A stretch of DNA of 64,000 nt, taken from assembly GCA_963733035.1 (NCBI GenBank), contig CAVTBU010000005.1:448001-512000 (forward strand), written 5' to 3'. The stretch is from Pirellulales bacterium. Lineage in GTDB: Bacteria; Planctomycetota; Planctomycetia; Pirellulales; PALSA-1355. The notes below the pieces were generated by a model that made no database searches, was not told the origin of the DNA, and saw only the letters and a program-made list of their open reading frames with translations. Both the position numbers and the translations under genes were made by a program. This document shows positions 19,487-29,985 of the stretch, one piece after another. Position 1 is the stretch's first letter. Each line of letters begins with the position of its first letter.

Positions 19487-21976
19487 TCACCTGGTAACGA
19501 TTTCCACTCCCTTGTCGCGACACCAGCGGTGCCACATTTGGCGGTACACCGCTTCCAGGTTGCGAGTGAAACCGTCGGCATCCGTCAGAACTGACTCGGA
19601 GAACGTCTGGCGTAAAGTTTGTCTGAGCGATGCCAGCCGCTTGAGGTCGCCCGCAAGTCTCGCGGCGATGTCAATGTACTCGTCGACGGACTTTCCGATG
19701 AGATCTTCCAGCCCGACGTGCGCGAGCGCAGTGCCGCCGTATCGGCTGATGTAGACGCGACCTTCGAGCATCACAATCGGCACGCCCATCCAAATCGCAT
19801 CGCACGTCGTTGTGTGGCCGTTGGCCGGAAAGGGGTCCAAGGCAATGTCCGTCCGTTCGATAAGCCGCAAGTAATCCTCTCGAGGACGGCGATTCACGAG
19901 TTCGATGCGGTCGGCCGAAATTCCCTTGCGCTCGGCAAGCGCGTGCCAGTGACGTTCGAGATAACCAGGCGAATACGCCAGCACGATGATCCTCGACCGC
20001 GGGACACGTGAGAGGATCTCCAACCAGGCGTCAACCACCCTGGGCGTCACCTTGGCATAGTTGTTGAAGGAACCAAACGTCACCCAGCCATTTGCAATCG
20101 CCGGAGACGGTGAGACGTCAGGAGCCGGCGCTGGCTGGTAGCAAAAATACGACCGTGGCAGGCGAACCAGTTGCTCCGTATAGAACTGGTCTGTCTCGCC
20201 GGGTGGATCGGCTCGCTCGTCGGTCAGGCGGTAGTCCATCGCCGACATGCCGGTCGTATTTTGATAGCCGATGTACGTGACTTGAATCGGCGCGGGCTTG
20301 CGGGCGAATGTGAGCAGCCGATTCACACCCATGTGGCCCGACAAATCAACCAGGATGTCAATCCGATCGTCACGGACCAGCTGGGCAACTGCTTCGTCGC
20401 TCTCGCGGCACACGTCGCGCCAATGATCGACTGACGCCTCAAGCCGTGCCGTCACGTCATCCGGTTGGGCGACCGAACTGTAACAATAGATTTCGAATTG
20501 TTCGTGGTCGTGTGCCAGCAGAATCGGCTCGGTAAAAAAGTTGACCGCGTGTTGACGGAAGTGCGGCGAGACGTAACCGACACGCAGCCGCCGATCCGGC
20601 GTCGGATCATTGTCGTGCGGTGCGGCTTGGGCCGTCAGCGGCTCGGCAAAACGGCGCGCCCACTGGAGGTGCTGTTCGAAAAGCTCTTGCGGATCGACGT
20701 CGGGCTCGAAGTTCAAAACATAGAGCACGTCGCTATGCGGTCGCGCGTCTTGCGGAACCAGCTCGCACCACCGACGGTAACTGTCGATCGCTTCGCGGCC
20801 GCGCCCTTGCGAATGGAATGAGAGCGCCATCGCATAGTACAGCATCGGGCTGACTGCACCCGCAGCGACACCTTCTTGACAATAGCGAAGCACCTCGTCC
20901 GGCTGACCATTGAGGTTGAAGATCTCCGCAAGTCGGGCGTACGCGTCGGGATAGTTCGGTTGAAAACGCAAAGCCTCATGAAGTGCCACGACCGCTTCCC
21001 GCGTGCGGTCCAATTTTTGCAGCGCGACGGCCCGCTGATAGTGGGCCACCGCGGCGTCAGGCCGAACTCGCAGCGCGCGCTCGAGGTAAGATAGCGACTC
21101 GGCGAAGCAACCATACTCTTGCAGCAGACTCCCGCAGTTAAGTAACGTCTCGACGTGATTTGGTTGCAATTCGAGTAGCCTGTGATACTCGGCCGACGCC
21201 CCCTCAATGTCGTCCTGGACCCTCAAGATGTTTGCAAGATTCGAGCGTGCTTCGACAAATTGGGGGGCCAACCGCACTGCCTCGCGAAAGCATGCCGCGG
21301 CGCGGTCCCAATTCTCCGCTGCTCGGTACGCAACTCCCATGGAAAAATGCACCAGCGCGGAATGCGGTGCCTGCTCCACGGCCTCTGTCAAGAGAGCGAT
21401 TGCATCGTCCACGCGTCCGAGTTCGACTAGTAGCGTGCTCAGACTGCAAGCCGCGTCGATCAAACCCGGCTGCAACTCCACGGCTCGGCGATAGGCGGCC
21501 AGCGCGTCATTGGGTCGCCGCAGCTGCCGCAGAACATTTCCCAGCGCGTGATGCGCCTGGGCGTGCAGCGGTGCCAGCTTGATCGCCCGTTCAAGATGCC
21601 CTGCCGCGACGGAAGGTTCCGATTGACTGCAGGCCAGCCCTAGGTTGTAGTGGGCGGCCGCAAAATTAGGAGCCATCGACACAGCCTGCTGAAAGCTGGC
21701 TCGAGCCTCGGTCAGCCGGCCCAGCGCACGATAGGCTTCCCCGAGATTGCAGTGAAACACCGGATTGGCAGGCCGTGCGTCAATTGCCTGCCGAATGATA
21801 TGGATCGCCTCCTCATGCCTTCCGCGCTGGTGGGCAATCAAACCCAACAGATGTAGCGCATCGGGATGCCCTGGTTGTTCGACCAGAACCTGGCGATACA
21901 GGGCCTCGGCCTCCGCCAGGTTTCCTCCCTGGTGCAAGCGCATCGCGGTTGCAATTGACTCGTCCGGAATTGACAT
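19487..21976 (-). CDS. TPR-repeat O-GlcNAc transferase-like protein (SPINDLY/GT41)
   Basis: Many TPR repeats, then RLRVGYVSPHFRQHAV, DILVDLSGH, APIQVTYIGY, LDPFPANGHTTTCDAIWMGVP. Confidence 0.93.
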   Translation of the reverse strand: MSIPDESIATAMRLHQGGNLAEAEALYRQVLVEQPGHPDALHLLGLIAHQRGRHEEAIHIIRQAIDARPANPVFHCNLGEAYRALGRLTEARASFQQAVSMAPNFAAAHYNLGLACSQSEPSVAAGHLERAIKLAPLHAQAHHALGNVLRQLRRPNDALAAYRRAVELQPGLIDAACSLSTLLVELGRVDDAIALLTEAVEQAPHSALVHFSMGVAYRAAENWDRAAACFREAVRLAPQFVEARSNLANILRVQDDIEGASAEYHRLLELQPNHVETLLNCGSLLQEYGCFAESLSYLERALRVRPDAAVAHYQRAVALQKLDRTREAVVALHEALRFQPNYPDAYARLAEIFNLNGQPDEVLRYCQEGVAAGAVSPMLYYAMALSFHSQGRGREAIDSYRRWCELVPQDARPHSDVLYVLNFEPDVDPQELFEQHLQWARRFAEPLTAQAAPHDNDPTPDRRLRVGYVSPHFRQHAVNFFTEPILLAHDHEQFEIYCYSSVAQPDDVTARLEASVDHWRDVCRESDEAVAQLVRDDRIDILVDLSGHMGVNRLLTFARKPAPIQVTYIGYQNTTGMSAMDYRLTDERADPPGETDQFYTEQLVRLPRSYFCYQPAPAPDVSPSPAIANGWVTFGSFNNYAKVTPRVVDAWLEILSRVPRSRIIVLAYSPGYLERHWHALAERKGISADRIELVNRRPREDYLRLIERTDIALDPFPANGHTTTCDAIWMGVPIVMLEGRVYISRYGGTALAHVGLEDLIGKSVDEYIDIAARLAGDLKRLASLRQTLRQTFSESVLTDADGFTRNLEAVYRQMWHRWCRDKGVEIVTR

Positions 21977-22130
21977 TTGCGCTCCGCCGCTGGAACTTCC
22001 CACTTCTCTCAACGCCGCGGCGTTGCCTCGCGCACCCCGCTATTTCGAGTGTCGCACATCGCCACACGGAAGCAAGTGCCGTACCCGGCCTCTTGGCCGG
22101 TGTCGACCGCTGCAATGGCGATCGGGGCCG

Positions 22131-22170
22131 TTGACAGGCGGCGCGACATATACTATGCTACACATAGTAT
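22131..22170 (+). promoter_or_regulatory. Sigma70-type promoter overlapped by a palindromic operator
   Basis: TTGACA (22131-36), 17-nt spacer, TATGCT (22154-59); perfect inverted repeat ATACTATG-N5-CATAGTAT (22150-22170). Confidence 0.8.
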
Positions 22171-22202
22171 GCGAGCCGTACTTGCCCTTGGAGGAGGTGG
22201 AC

Positions 22203-22559
22203 GTGCGAATCGAACGTGAACTAATGCGCGGCGCGGGTCCCGTCGCGGTCCTCAAGCTACTTGAGGCCGGGCCCAAGTATGGATACGAATTGGTCGAGAT
22301 GTTGGCCAGATCCTCCGACGGCGTGCTGGCCATGGGCCAATCGACTCTCTATCCGTTGCTCTACAATCTCGAAGCACAGGGGCATGTGCGCGCTGAATGG
22401 CGCGACGACGACGGCAGTACCCGGCCACGGAAATATTACGCCCTCACTCCGAAGGGGCGAAGACGACTCGCGCATGACGTGCGGCAATGGCAGTCGGTCG
22501 AAAAAGCCATGCGTGGCTTGGGCATTTTGAAGCCAATGCTCGGTGGTGCGGCCAGCTAA
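22203..22559 (+). CDS. PadR family transcriptional regulator
   Basis: GGAGG RBS then GTG; ELMRG..YGYELV..TLYPLL..RKYYALTPKG. Confidence 0.93.
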   Translation: MRIERELMRGAGPVAVLKLLEAGPKYGYELVEMLARSSDGVLAMGQSTLYPLLYNLEAQGHVRAEWRDDDGSTRPRKYYALTPKGRRRLAHDVRQWQSVEKAMRGLGILKPMLGGAAS

Positions 22560-22590
22560 AACGAGTCTCCTCCATAAGGGCACCTCGACC

Positions 22591-24459
22591 ATGGAACGCT
22601 CCTACGAGTTTGATCCGTCTCCGTCGGGTTGGCTGGTTCGCGCTTACCATACACCGCTGACCGACATTGTCAGGGCGCGCATGACCGGCCGATACGATGT
22701 CCGGGCGGAGATTGCCCGTGCGGACCTTCCGGCGGCCGTCGGCGGCGTAATACTCGCCGTGGTGCGGAAAACAAAGCTCTGGCGCGGCGAAAAACTGGAC
22801 GTTGCCCGGGAACTCGTCGCGCATTTTGCCGACGGACTCGCAGCGGGTCGAGGGGTGGACCAGCTGATCGCCGACTTCGGCAGCGTGGAACAGTCGGCTC
22901 GCTTGATCCGAAAAGCGAAGCGACGTCAGCGTCCACTCACTTGGCAAATAAGGTGGTTTGTATCGCGTTTGCTCTGGGCCTTGTTTGTCTTCGCGGCGAT
23001 GGTTTACGGTGTGCTGGCGCTGCGACTCTGGCTCGCAACGCCATCCATCGAGCACAACTTTTGGCACGAAATCAATCAGGCACGCAAAGTCGCTAGCGAC
23101 GAGGCCGCATGGCCTCTGTATCGCGCGGCCGGCCTCCAACTCTCGCAAGCAGAAAACGACACGCTAGCGGAGGGATATGCGCACGGACCGGCCGACTCCG
23201 ATTGGCCAGAATTGATGGCAATTCTAGAGCACCACGGAAATGCAGTCCAAAAAGTCCGCGAGGCGGCAAATCGAAAACACTTTGGGTATCTGATTGGAAA
23301 CCCAAGTGATGTAGCCGCGGCGCAAGCGGCCAACGCCGAGTGGGCCATCGATTCGCAGAGCCCCGCGGCCAACGAGAATCAGCTGCTTATTAACGCCAAC
23401 CTGGGGGGCATGAATGTGATCCGTTCGCTGGCACGTCTAACGGCGTTGGACGCGCGACGTGCGGCCGAAATCGGTGACAGTCAAACGGTCGTCTCGGACT
23501 TGAACGCACTGCTGGCCATGTCGGAGCTGGTATTTCAGCCAAAATCCTTCCTTGTCGAGCAACTTGTTGGCCTGGCGGTTTTTAACATGACCGTCGAAAC
23601 GCTGGGCCGCGTTCTCGCGGAACACCCCGCACTTTTGTCTGAATCGCAGCTGCGAGACCTGGCTCACTCGCTTGCCAGCTATCGCAATGGCAATCTGCGA
23701 CTGGATCTCACAGCGGAACGACTGGCTTTTGACGATGTCGTCCAGCGGATGTACACCGATGACGGAAAGGGCGACGGTCGCATGACCAGTACGGGGCTAG
23801 ATCTCTTGTCCAAGCTCTCCGACCCGCACGAAGTTGCTTCCCAACCAATCGCGGCCCCCGGAATTGCGGCTCTCATTGCCAGCCGTGCCGAAGCGCGACG
23901 GTTCTTTACGGAACTACTCGATCAATCGATTGCCGTGCGGCAGGAACCACCCTGGCAATGGGACCCTAACGCAATTTCGGCCGCCAATGCACGCTATCAA
24001 ATTGGCGAACGTAGCCCCCTGGCCAGGCTGCAGCATATGTTGACGTTCATCGTCGCACCGGCAGTCGGCGCCGCGACTAGCGCCGGCGAGAAGTCCGTCA
24101 TGCTGCGCAACGGCGCCGAGACCGCCATCGCCCTGGTGCTGTACCATCGTCGACACGGTGCGTGGCCTGAGCGTCTGGATCAACTTGTTCCTGATTTGTT
24201 GCCGGCGGTTCCAATCGATCGCTACACCGGCGATCCGCTTCACTACAAAGTTCGCGACGGCAAACCGCTGCTCTACAGCGTCGGTCAAGATCGAGACGAT
24301 GATGCCGGTCAACCCGCATCGCCGCCAGAGTACGCGATGGGCGGATTCGATCCGCTGCCTCAAGGTAGTTCCGAGTCTTCCACCTCGGATCCCGCGCACG
24401 ACGGCGACTGGATTCTCTGGCCACCCATAACGCCTAACGACGCGCCCGGTGGCGCCTGA
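22591..24459 (+). CDS. PadR-associated membrane-anchored hypothetical protein
   Basis: N-terminal ELVAHF..DFG sensor-like (HAAS-like) segment, one TM helix, large helical domain, C-terminal PAVPIDRYTG..LYSVGQDRDDD (GspG-like tail). Confidence 0.7.
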   Translation: MERSYEFDPSPSGWLVRAYHTPLTDIVRARMTGRYDVRAEIARADLPAAVGGVILAVVRKTKLWRGEKLDVARELVAHFADGLAAGRGVDQLIADFGSVEQSARLIRKAKRRQRPLTWQIRWFVSRLLWALFVFAAMVYGVLALRLWLATPSIEHNFWHEINQARKVASDEAAWPLYRAAGLQLSQAENDTLAEGYAHGPADSDWPELMAILEHHGNAVQKVREAANRKHFGYLIGNPSDVAAAQAANAEWAIDSQSPAANENQLLINANLGGMNVIRSLARLTALDARRAAEIGDSQTVVSDLNALLAMSELVFQPKSFLVEQLVGLAVFNMTVETLGRVLAEHPALLSESQLRDLAHSLASYRNGNLRLDLTAERLAFDDVVQRMYTDDGKGDGRMTSTGLDLLSKLSDPHEVASQPIAAPGIAALIASRAEARRFFTELLDQSIAVRQEPPWQWDPNAISAANARYQIGERSPLARLQHMLTFIVAPAVGAATSAGEKSVMLRNGAETAIALVLYHRRHGAWPERLDQLVPDLLPAVPIDRYTGDPLHYKVRDGKPLLYSVGQDRDDDAGQPASPPEYAMGGFDPLPQGSSESSTSDPAHDGDWILWPPITPNDAPGGA

Positions 24460-24622
24460 TGCGACGGTTTTTCGGCCGACCCGGCGTTCGATAACCGGCC
24501 GGATGCCCGTTCTATGGAACGTGACGAAGCTGCGGGGCAAGGGTATTTTTGCCACCCCCTAACATGTGCTACGGTTCCGTTAGGGCAGCTCACGCGGTTT
24601 CGTATTTTCAAGTGGTTTTGCC

Positions 24623-25774
24623 GTGCCGGTCAAGATCGTGCCCCTATTCCGCGCGCTCGAGCGCGGACTCCTGACAAAAGCCCCGCAGGGGGACCCGGAC
24701 CAAGTTGCTCAGGCTACACGCGTATTGGCGTTCAGCCTGGCGATGATGGTTTGGGTGCCCGTGTTTGCCGTGATCTACACCGCGATTGATGCACCCCTTT
24801 GTTCGAACGTCATTCTCTCGGGCGGTGCGATCCTAATGGGCATTATGATGCTCCTGCGCCGCGGTGTTCCGCCCGATACGTGCGGTAACCTGTTAACCGG
24901 CGCGGCCTGGTACGTCTACACGGCACTCGCAGTGCTGACCGGAGGAATCTGGGCCCCGGTGATGATCTGGTTCGCCACGCTGCCGATCCTGTCGGTGCTA
25001 CTGGCGAGTCTGCGGTCCGGAGCATTCTGGACATTCGTCAGCGCCGTAACGGTCTGCTGGTTTGCCTATGCCGAAAGCGCGGGCTTGAGATTGCCTACGG
25101 AGTTGCGCCGGGCTCCGTCTTCATCGTCCAGGTCAGCGGATTGTTGGGGCTATTGAGTTGCGTCTTTTTGCTCGTCAGCGTTCTGAAGAAAATGGAATTC
25201 GGCGCTCGCCGCGAGCTGCGCGATGCGAACTCCATGTTGGCATTGCAGGCTGCCACGGACGGGCTAACCGGCATTCCCAATCGACACCGCTTCGACGTGG
25301 CGCTGTCCCAGGAATGGCCTCGGCATCAGCGCACCCAGATGCCGCTATCGCTGGCCCTGATTGACGCCGACTTCTTCAAGGCGTTCAACGACGAATACGG
25401 ACACTTGGCAGGCGACGAATGCCTGCGAACGGTGGCGCACGATCCGAGACAGCATTCGCCGGCCGAACGACTTTTGCGCACGGTTTGGTGGTGAGGAGTT
25501 CGCGGTAATCCTGCCCAACACCGACGAGACTGGTGCCATGTTCGTTGCCAGAACGATCCAAGAACAGGTACGTGCCATGGGAATTCCGCACACGCGTTCG
25601 AGCGTGCGCGAAATCGTGACGGTCAGCATTGGCATCGCGACCACGATCCCCGCGACACACAGTTCGCGACACGAATTCCTGCACGACGTCGATATGGCCC
25701 TCTACCGCGCCAAGGAAAACGGGCGCGACCGGATCGTGCAGGTGGCGTGCGAGCTGACTTTGCCGATATTTTAA
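24623..25774 (+). CDS. Membrane-bound diguanylate cyclase (GGDEF); two frameshifts near 25120 and 25440
   Basis: Multiple TM helices; TDGLTGIPNR, DADFFKAFNDEYGHLAGD, RPND I-site and RFGGEEF spread across three ORFs. Confidence 0.85.
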
Positions 25775-25834
25775 ATCCGTGTTCGGAGTCGCAGGCAAAA
25801 ATCGCCACGCTGGGCCGCGGACAAGTCTCTACAG

Positions 25835-26812
25835 CTACCGTGATAATCTCGAAGCGTTGCGCGCGTAGGGCCCGGAATAGTACAGGGCGGCGTCGTCAAT
25901 AATCCAGGGGGTCGACCAGTGCCCGTCGTCGCCGCTGCACACATTGAAGAAGAACGTGTCGAGGTGCTCGGCGCGAAAACTATACGGATATTGCGACGTG
26001 ATACGGTCGCTTGAGGTCAGGTCTTCGACTCCCGGCCGGGCAAAGTAGTGGACGGCACCGTCGGGTGTGAATGACATGCCGAGTGTCCACCAGCCGACCT
26101 GTTCTATCTTGGGACCAGTGAAGTCGTGTCCCGTGGAACCACCACGGATGACCATCACCGCCGAGTCGGGACGCTTTTCGCCGTCCCCCTTTCGGAAATT
26201 GATGAACATGCCAGGCCAGTAAGTTTCCAACACCGTCTTCGTGGTGCTGCCACCGAAGAGGCCTTTTCGCTTCTCGGTCTTTTTGTGATGCGTGAGACAG
26301 GCAGCACGAAAACCGAAGCTTGGTCCGGTCCGTTGCTCCCACTCTTCCCAAGGCGGCAGATATACGCGTACAACGACGCTGGGCGAGCGCGACACCGGAA
26401 TTGCACCTCGCAGGCGGGCGCTGGTGTTCACGATGAAGTCGTCCTGCTCCATCTTGAAGCTGTAGCGGCCCGGAACGCCCGTCTGTCGGCTGACCATCAG
26501 CAGCGCGCCTTCGCTGCCGGGCAGCCCGTCGTCCGGCGTTGGCACGCGTTTGACGACGTCGGGATGACCTCGCATTACGCCTTCAAACCAGCGACCGTTT
26601 TGCGAACGTCCCGAGGGAAAACGCTTTTGCTTGTCGTTTTCGTCGCTGCTCTTGGGATTGTTGTAAATGTAAGTCCACTCGGGGTCCTCAAAGTCGTCTC
26701 CCACCGCGGTAACCCGCTGTCCAGTGCCCGGCACTGGAACTTGTGCCAAGGCTACGCTGGGAAGGAAACTTGCAGCTGCAATCGCAAGTAGGTGATAACG
26801 CCAAGACTCCAT
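25835..26812 (-). CDS. Secreted hypothetical protein (planctomycete-type)
   Basis: 325 aa ORF with signal peptide (VALA-Q); aromatic, beta-rich sequence. Confidence 0.75.
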   Translation of the reverse strand: MESWRYHLLAIAAASFLPSVALAQVPVPGTGQRVTAVGDDFEDPEWTYIYNNPKSSDENDKQKRFPSGRSQNGRWFEGVMRGHPDVVKRVPTPDDGLPGSEGALLMVSRQTGVPGRYSFKMEQDDFIVNTSARLRGAIPVSRSPSVVVRVYLPPWEEWEQRTGPSFGFRAACLTHHKKTEKRKGLFGGSTTKTVLETYWPGMFINFRKGDGEKRPDSAVMVIRGGSTGHDFTGPKIEQVGWWTLGMSFTPDGAVHYFARPGVEDLTSSDRITSQYPYSFRAEHLDTFFFNVCSGDDGHWSTPWIIDDAALYYSGPYARNASRLSR

Positions 26813-27120
26813 TCTTGCGTCCTTATTCTGTCTCAGGCGGGAACGTGCGCATTAAAGCGGCGGGGGGGAAGGAAGACGTCGCATCTGGCGGGCCTTTTCG
26901 TATGTATCGGACCGCAACCACGACACCTCGAATCCTTTTGCCCGCCATAATGACAGGCGAGAGAAGCTAGCACGACTGTCACCGTGACAGCATCGCGGCG
27001 ATACAATTCACCGCTCTTTCGCTAGCGTACCCAGACCGCATCGGCCGATAGATTTTCGTGACACTTCGTATTGATCCCGCCAGGGTCAGATGCCTCGCAA
27101 ACTCGGTCCGGGAGCCGCGC

Positions 27121-28123
27121 ATGGCCGCACAGCGAGTGACGATCGCGGTGGTGCCTCGCGAGCGTTTCAGCCTCGCGCGACAGTCGCTAATCAGCATCCT
27201 CGAAGACAGCAATCCGTCGACGGAGTTGATCTACATTGACGGCGGATCTCCCCCCCTCGTGCGACAGTTTCTCGAACAACGCGCCGCCCGAAATGGCTTT
27301 CGGCTGATTAGCACCGAACGGTACGTGAGCCCCAATGAGGCCCGCAATCTGGCGGCCGCGCACGTCCGTACGCGTTACGTGGCATTTATTGACAACGACG
27401 TACTGGTATCTCCAGGTTGGCTTGATGCCTTGGTGGACTGCGCGGACAATCAGTGGCGCCTGGGCCGTCGGACCCGTTTGCTGTGAAGGTGAACCTCTCG
27501 GCACGAGGATCGCCACAGCCGGCGGCTCGGCCGACATGGTTGGTGATCCTCCACGACGGGCTTTTCGCGAACAAGACCGCCACCGCGGCCAATTGCTGGC
27601 CTCTCTGGCGCCGACGCTCCGCCGGGAAGCCGTTGGCCGTGTCAGTTTTCAAGCCGTGCTTGTGCGGATGTCCGCCTTCGAACGGCTTGGGCCGCTCGAT
27701 GAGCAATTGCTGAGCGGCGCGCAGCACACCGACTTCTGTCTCCAAACCCGCAAGTCTGGGCAGTCCATCTATTTGGAACCGCGCGCGGTAGTGACCCACT
27801 TGGCACCGCCGCCATTCGAACCCTCCGACCTGGAATACTTTCAACTGCGGTGGAGCGATCTCTGGAATCGGGCAACGGTTGAGCACTTCCGGCGCAAATG
27901 GGAGTTGCCCGCCAACGACCCGGGACTCGAAGCGCTAGCGGACCGGCTCGACGCTCACCGCCGCCTGACGCTCGAGCCGTACCGCCGTTTGCTGCGATTG
28001 TTCGGCAACAAATCCGCACGCTGGCTCGAACGAAATCTGATTGCCCCGTTCGAACAGGCAGCCAACCGGCGTCGCGTGCCGGCAATGTGCCCGGCAGAAG
28101 GAGCCGTTCGTAGAGCGGCGTAG
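27121..28123 (+). CDS. Glycosyltransferase family 2; frameshift near 27450
   Basis: VTIAVVPRERFS, YIDGGS, ARNLA, FIDNDV; continues in ORF 27335..28123 (GPLDEQL, HTDFC). Confidence 0.85.
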
Positions 28124-28272
28124 AAAAACGATCTCTCGCCCGGCGAACTGCGTTTTTCTGGCAGCTGCCCGCAATCCATTCCAAAGATTTGTGGTCCGCC
28201 AGCGAATCCCTCCTGACGCATGTTAAAATCAGCGTCACTCGCAGCTTGCTCCCGTGCCGGAGGTCCGTCGAA

Positions 28273-29985
28273 ATGCCCAGGTTCCTTGCATTCGGGTTGA
28301 TCTTGCTGATGTCCAACGTGGCCCTCGCCGCGTCGCCCTCCAAACAACCCGCGGGGCTGGCTGACTTGCCACTGCTGCTACGGCGGGCAGATACGAACTT
28401 TCTGACACGGAATTGGAATCGAGCCGCCAGCGAATATCAGAGGATCGTTCAGCTCAACCCAACGAACGGTTTGTATTGGCATCGGCTCGGCGAAGCATTG
28501 CTTAACGCCAAACGCTACAATGCGGCGATTGCCCCACTCGAACAATCGTGTGCACTCGGCGGATTTCAGCCATCACCGCCGCGCTGGGTGCATCGGGGCG
28601 AGGCCGCGTACTTGCTTGCGTCCGCGTATGCCGGACTCGAGAACCACGACAAAGCGATCGAGTGGACTCACAAGTCACTTTCGCAGGGGCTGCGCAACAT
28701 CCGCAAGTTTCACATCAGCCGCTTTGATGAACTACTCAAGGATCCGCAATTTCAGGAGCTGGTGTGCGCGGGCGTCGACGACGTCGACGAGTTGTCGCGC
28801 GACGAGCGGTTTCGTCGTGACTTACACTTCGCCATACACGAACTGAAACGCGTCCATTTCTCACCGTTCAGAGCCACGCCGGAGCAAGAGATCGATCGGG
28901 CGGCGGCCGAGCTCGACAGGGACATTCCTAAACTTTCGGACGATGAAATCTATGTACGAATGATGGGAATCATCCGCCTGTTTGGCGACGCCCACACGCG
29001 GATGCTACGCGAGACACCGTTGCTGCCAGTCGAATTCTTCGTCTACCCCGAGGGGCTCTATATTCTGGGTGCGACGTCCGAAAATGCCGATCTGGTGGGA
29101 GCGAGGGTCTTATCCATCGGGAACCAATCGGCAGAAGACCTGCTCACGCGTGTGATGGCCATTGTGCCGGTGGAAAACCCCATGACCGAAAAATGGCAGG
29201 CCGACGGGGCATTGCGGTCCCTCACCGTCCTCCGGGGACTGGGGGTGACGCCCCCCGATGGTCCAACGGCTGTCGAAGTGGAAGACGCCGCCGGCGAAAG
29301 GCGCACCGTGCACCTGTCGCCACGGGACGAAGGTCCGCGTCGCGCGCGAATGCAATTTACGGTACCCGGATGCACCAAGCCGGTGCCCAATTGCTTCCGG
29401 AATCGCAGTCAAATGATGTGGCACGAGTTGCTGCCCGCTGGCAAAACGATGTACTGTCAGTTAAACGGCATCGGCCATGGAACCAAGACATTCAAGAATT
29501 ACTTTGAGGCGCTATTCACCGAAGTCGAAGAACCTGGAGTCGAACGGCTCGTGCTTGATCTGCGCTGGAACAATGGAGGGAACACGTTTCTCAATCCGCC
29601 GCTGATCGAGGGGATTCTGCGCTCGAACAAATTTCGGCGGCCAGGCAATCTATTCGTCATCATCGGTCGCGATACATTCTCGGCGGCGCTAAACACCACC
29701 GACGAACTTGAACGCCGCACGACGGCCATCCTGGTCGGAGAACCGACTTCCTCGCCCCCCAACTTCGTCGGCGAAAGTGTCCAGGTCGTGCTGCCGGCAA
29801 GTCGCTGGCCGATCAGCATTTCCGACCTGTCCTGGCAGACGTCATTTCCGATGGACTATCGGGTTTGGATGACACCGCTGCTCTATGCGCCACCCACCGC
29901 GGCGGCGCAGCGCGCTCACCGCGATCCGGCGATGGAGGCAATCGAGGCATACGTGCGAGCCAATCCGGTGAAGTCCGCCGGCTAG
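28273..29985 (+). CDS. Secreted TPR + S41-like peptidase
   Basis: Signal peptide, TPR, GDAHT, PDZ-like region, VLDLRWNNGGN, TFSAA, VGEPT. Confidence 0.85.
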   Translation: MPRFLAFGLILLMSNVALAASPSKQPAGLADLPLLLRRADTNFLTRNWNRAASEYQRIVQLNPTNGLYWHRLGEALLNAKRYNAAIAPLEQSCALGGFQPSPPRWVHRGEAAYLLASAYAGLENHDKAIEWTHKSLSQGLRNIRKFHISRFDELLKDPQFQELVCAGVDDVDELSRDERFRRDLHFAIHELKRVHFSPFRATPEQEIDRAAAELDRDIPKLSDDEIYVRMMGIIRLFGDAHTRMLRETPLLPVEFFVYPEGLYILGATSENADLVGARVLSIGNQSAEDLLTRVMAIVPVENPMTEKWQADGALRSLTVLRGLGVTPPDGPTAVEVEDAAGERRTVHLSPRDEGPRRARMQFTVPGCTKPVPNCFRNRSQMMWHELLPAGKTMYCQLNGIGHGTKTFKNYFEALFTEVEEPGVERLVLDLRWNNGGNTFLNPPLIEGILRSNKFRRPGNLFVIIGRDTFSAALNTTDELERRTTAILVGEPTSSPPNFVGESVQVVLPASRWPISISDLSWQTSFPMDYRVWMTPLLYAPPTAAAQRAHRDPAMEAIEAYVRANPVKSAG

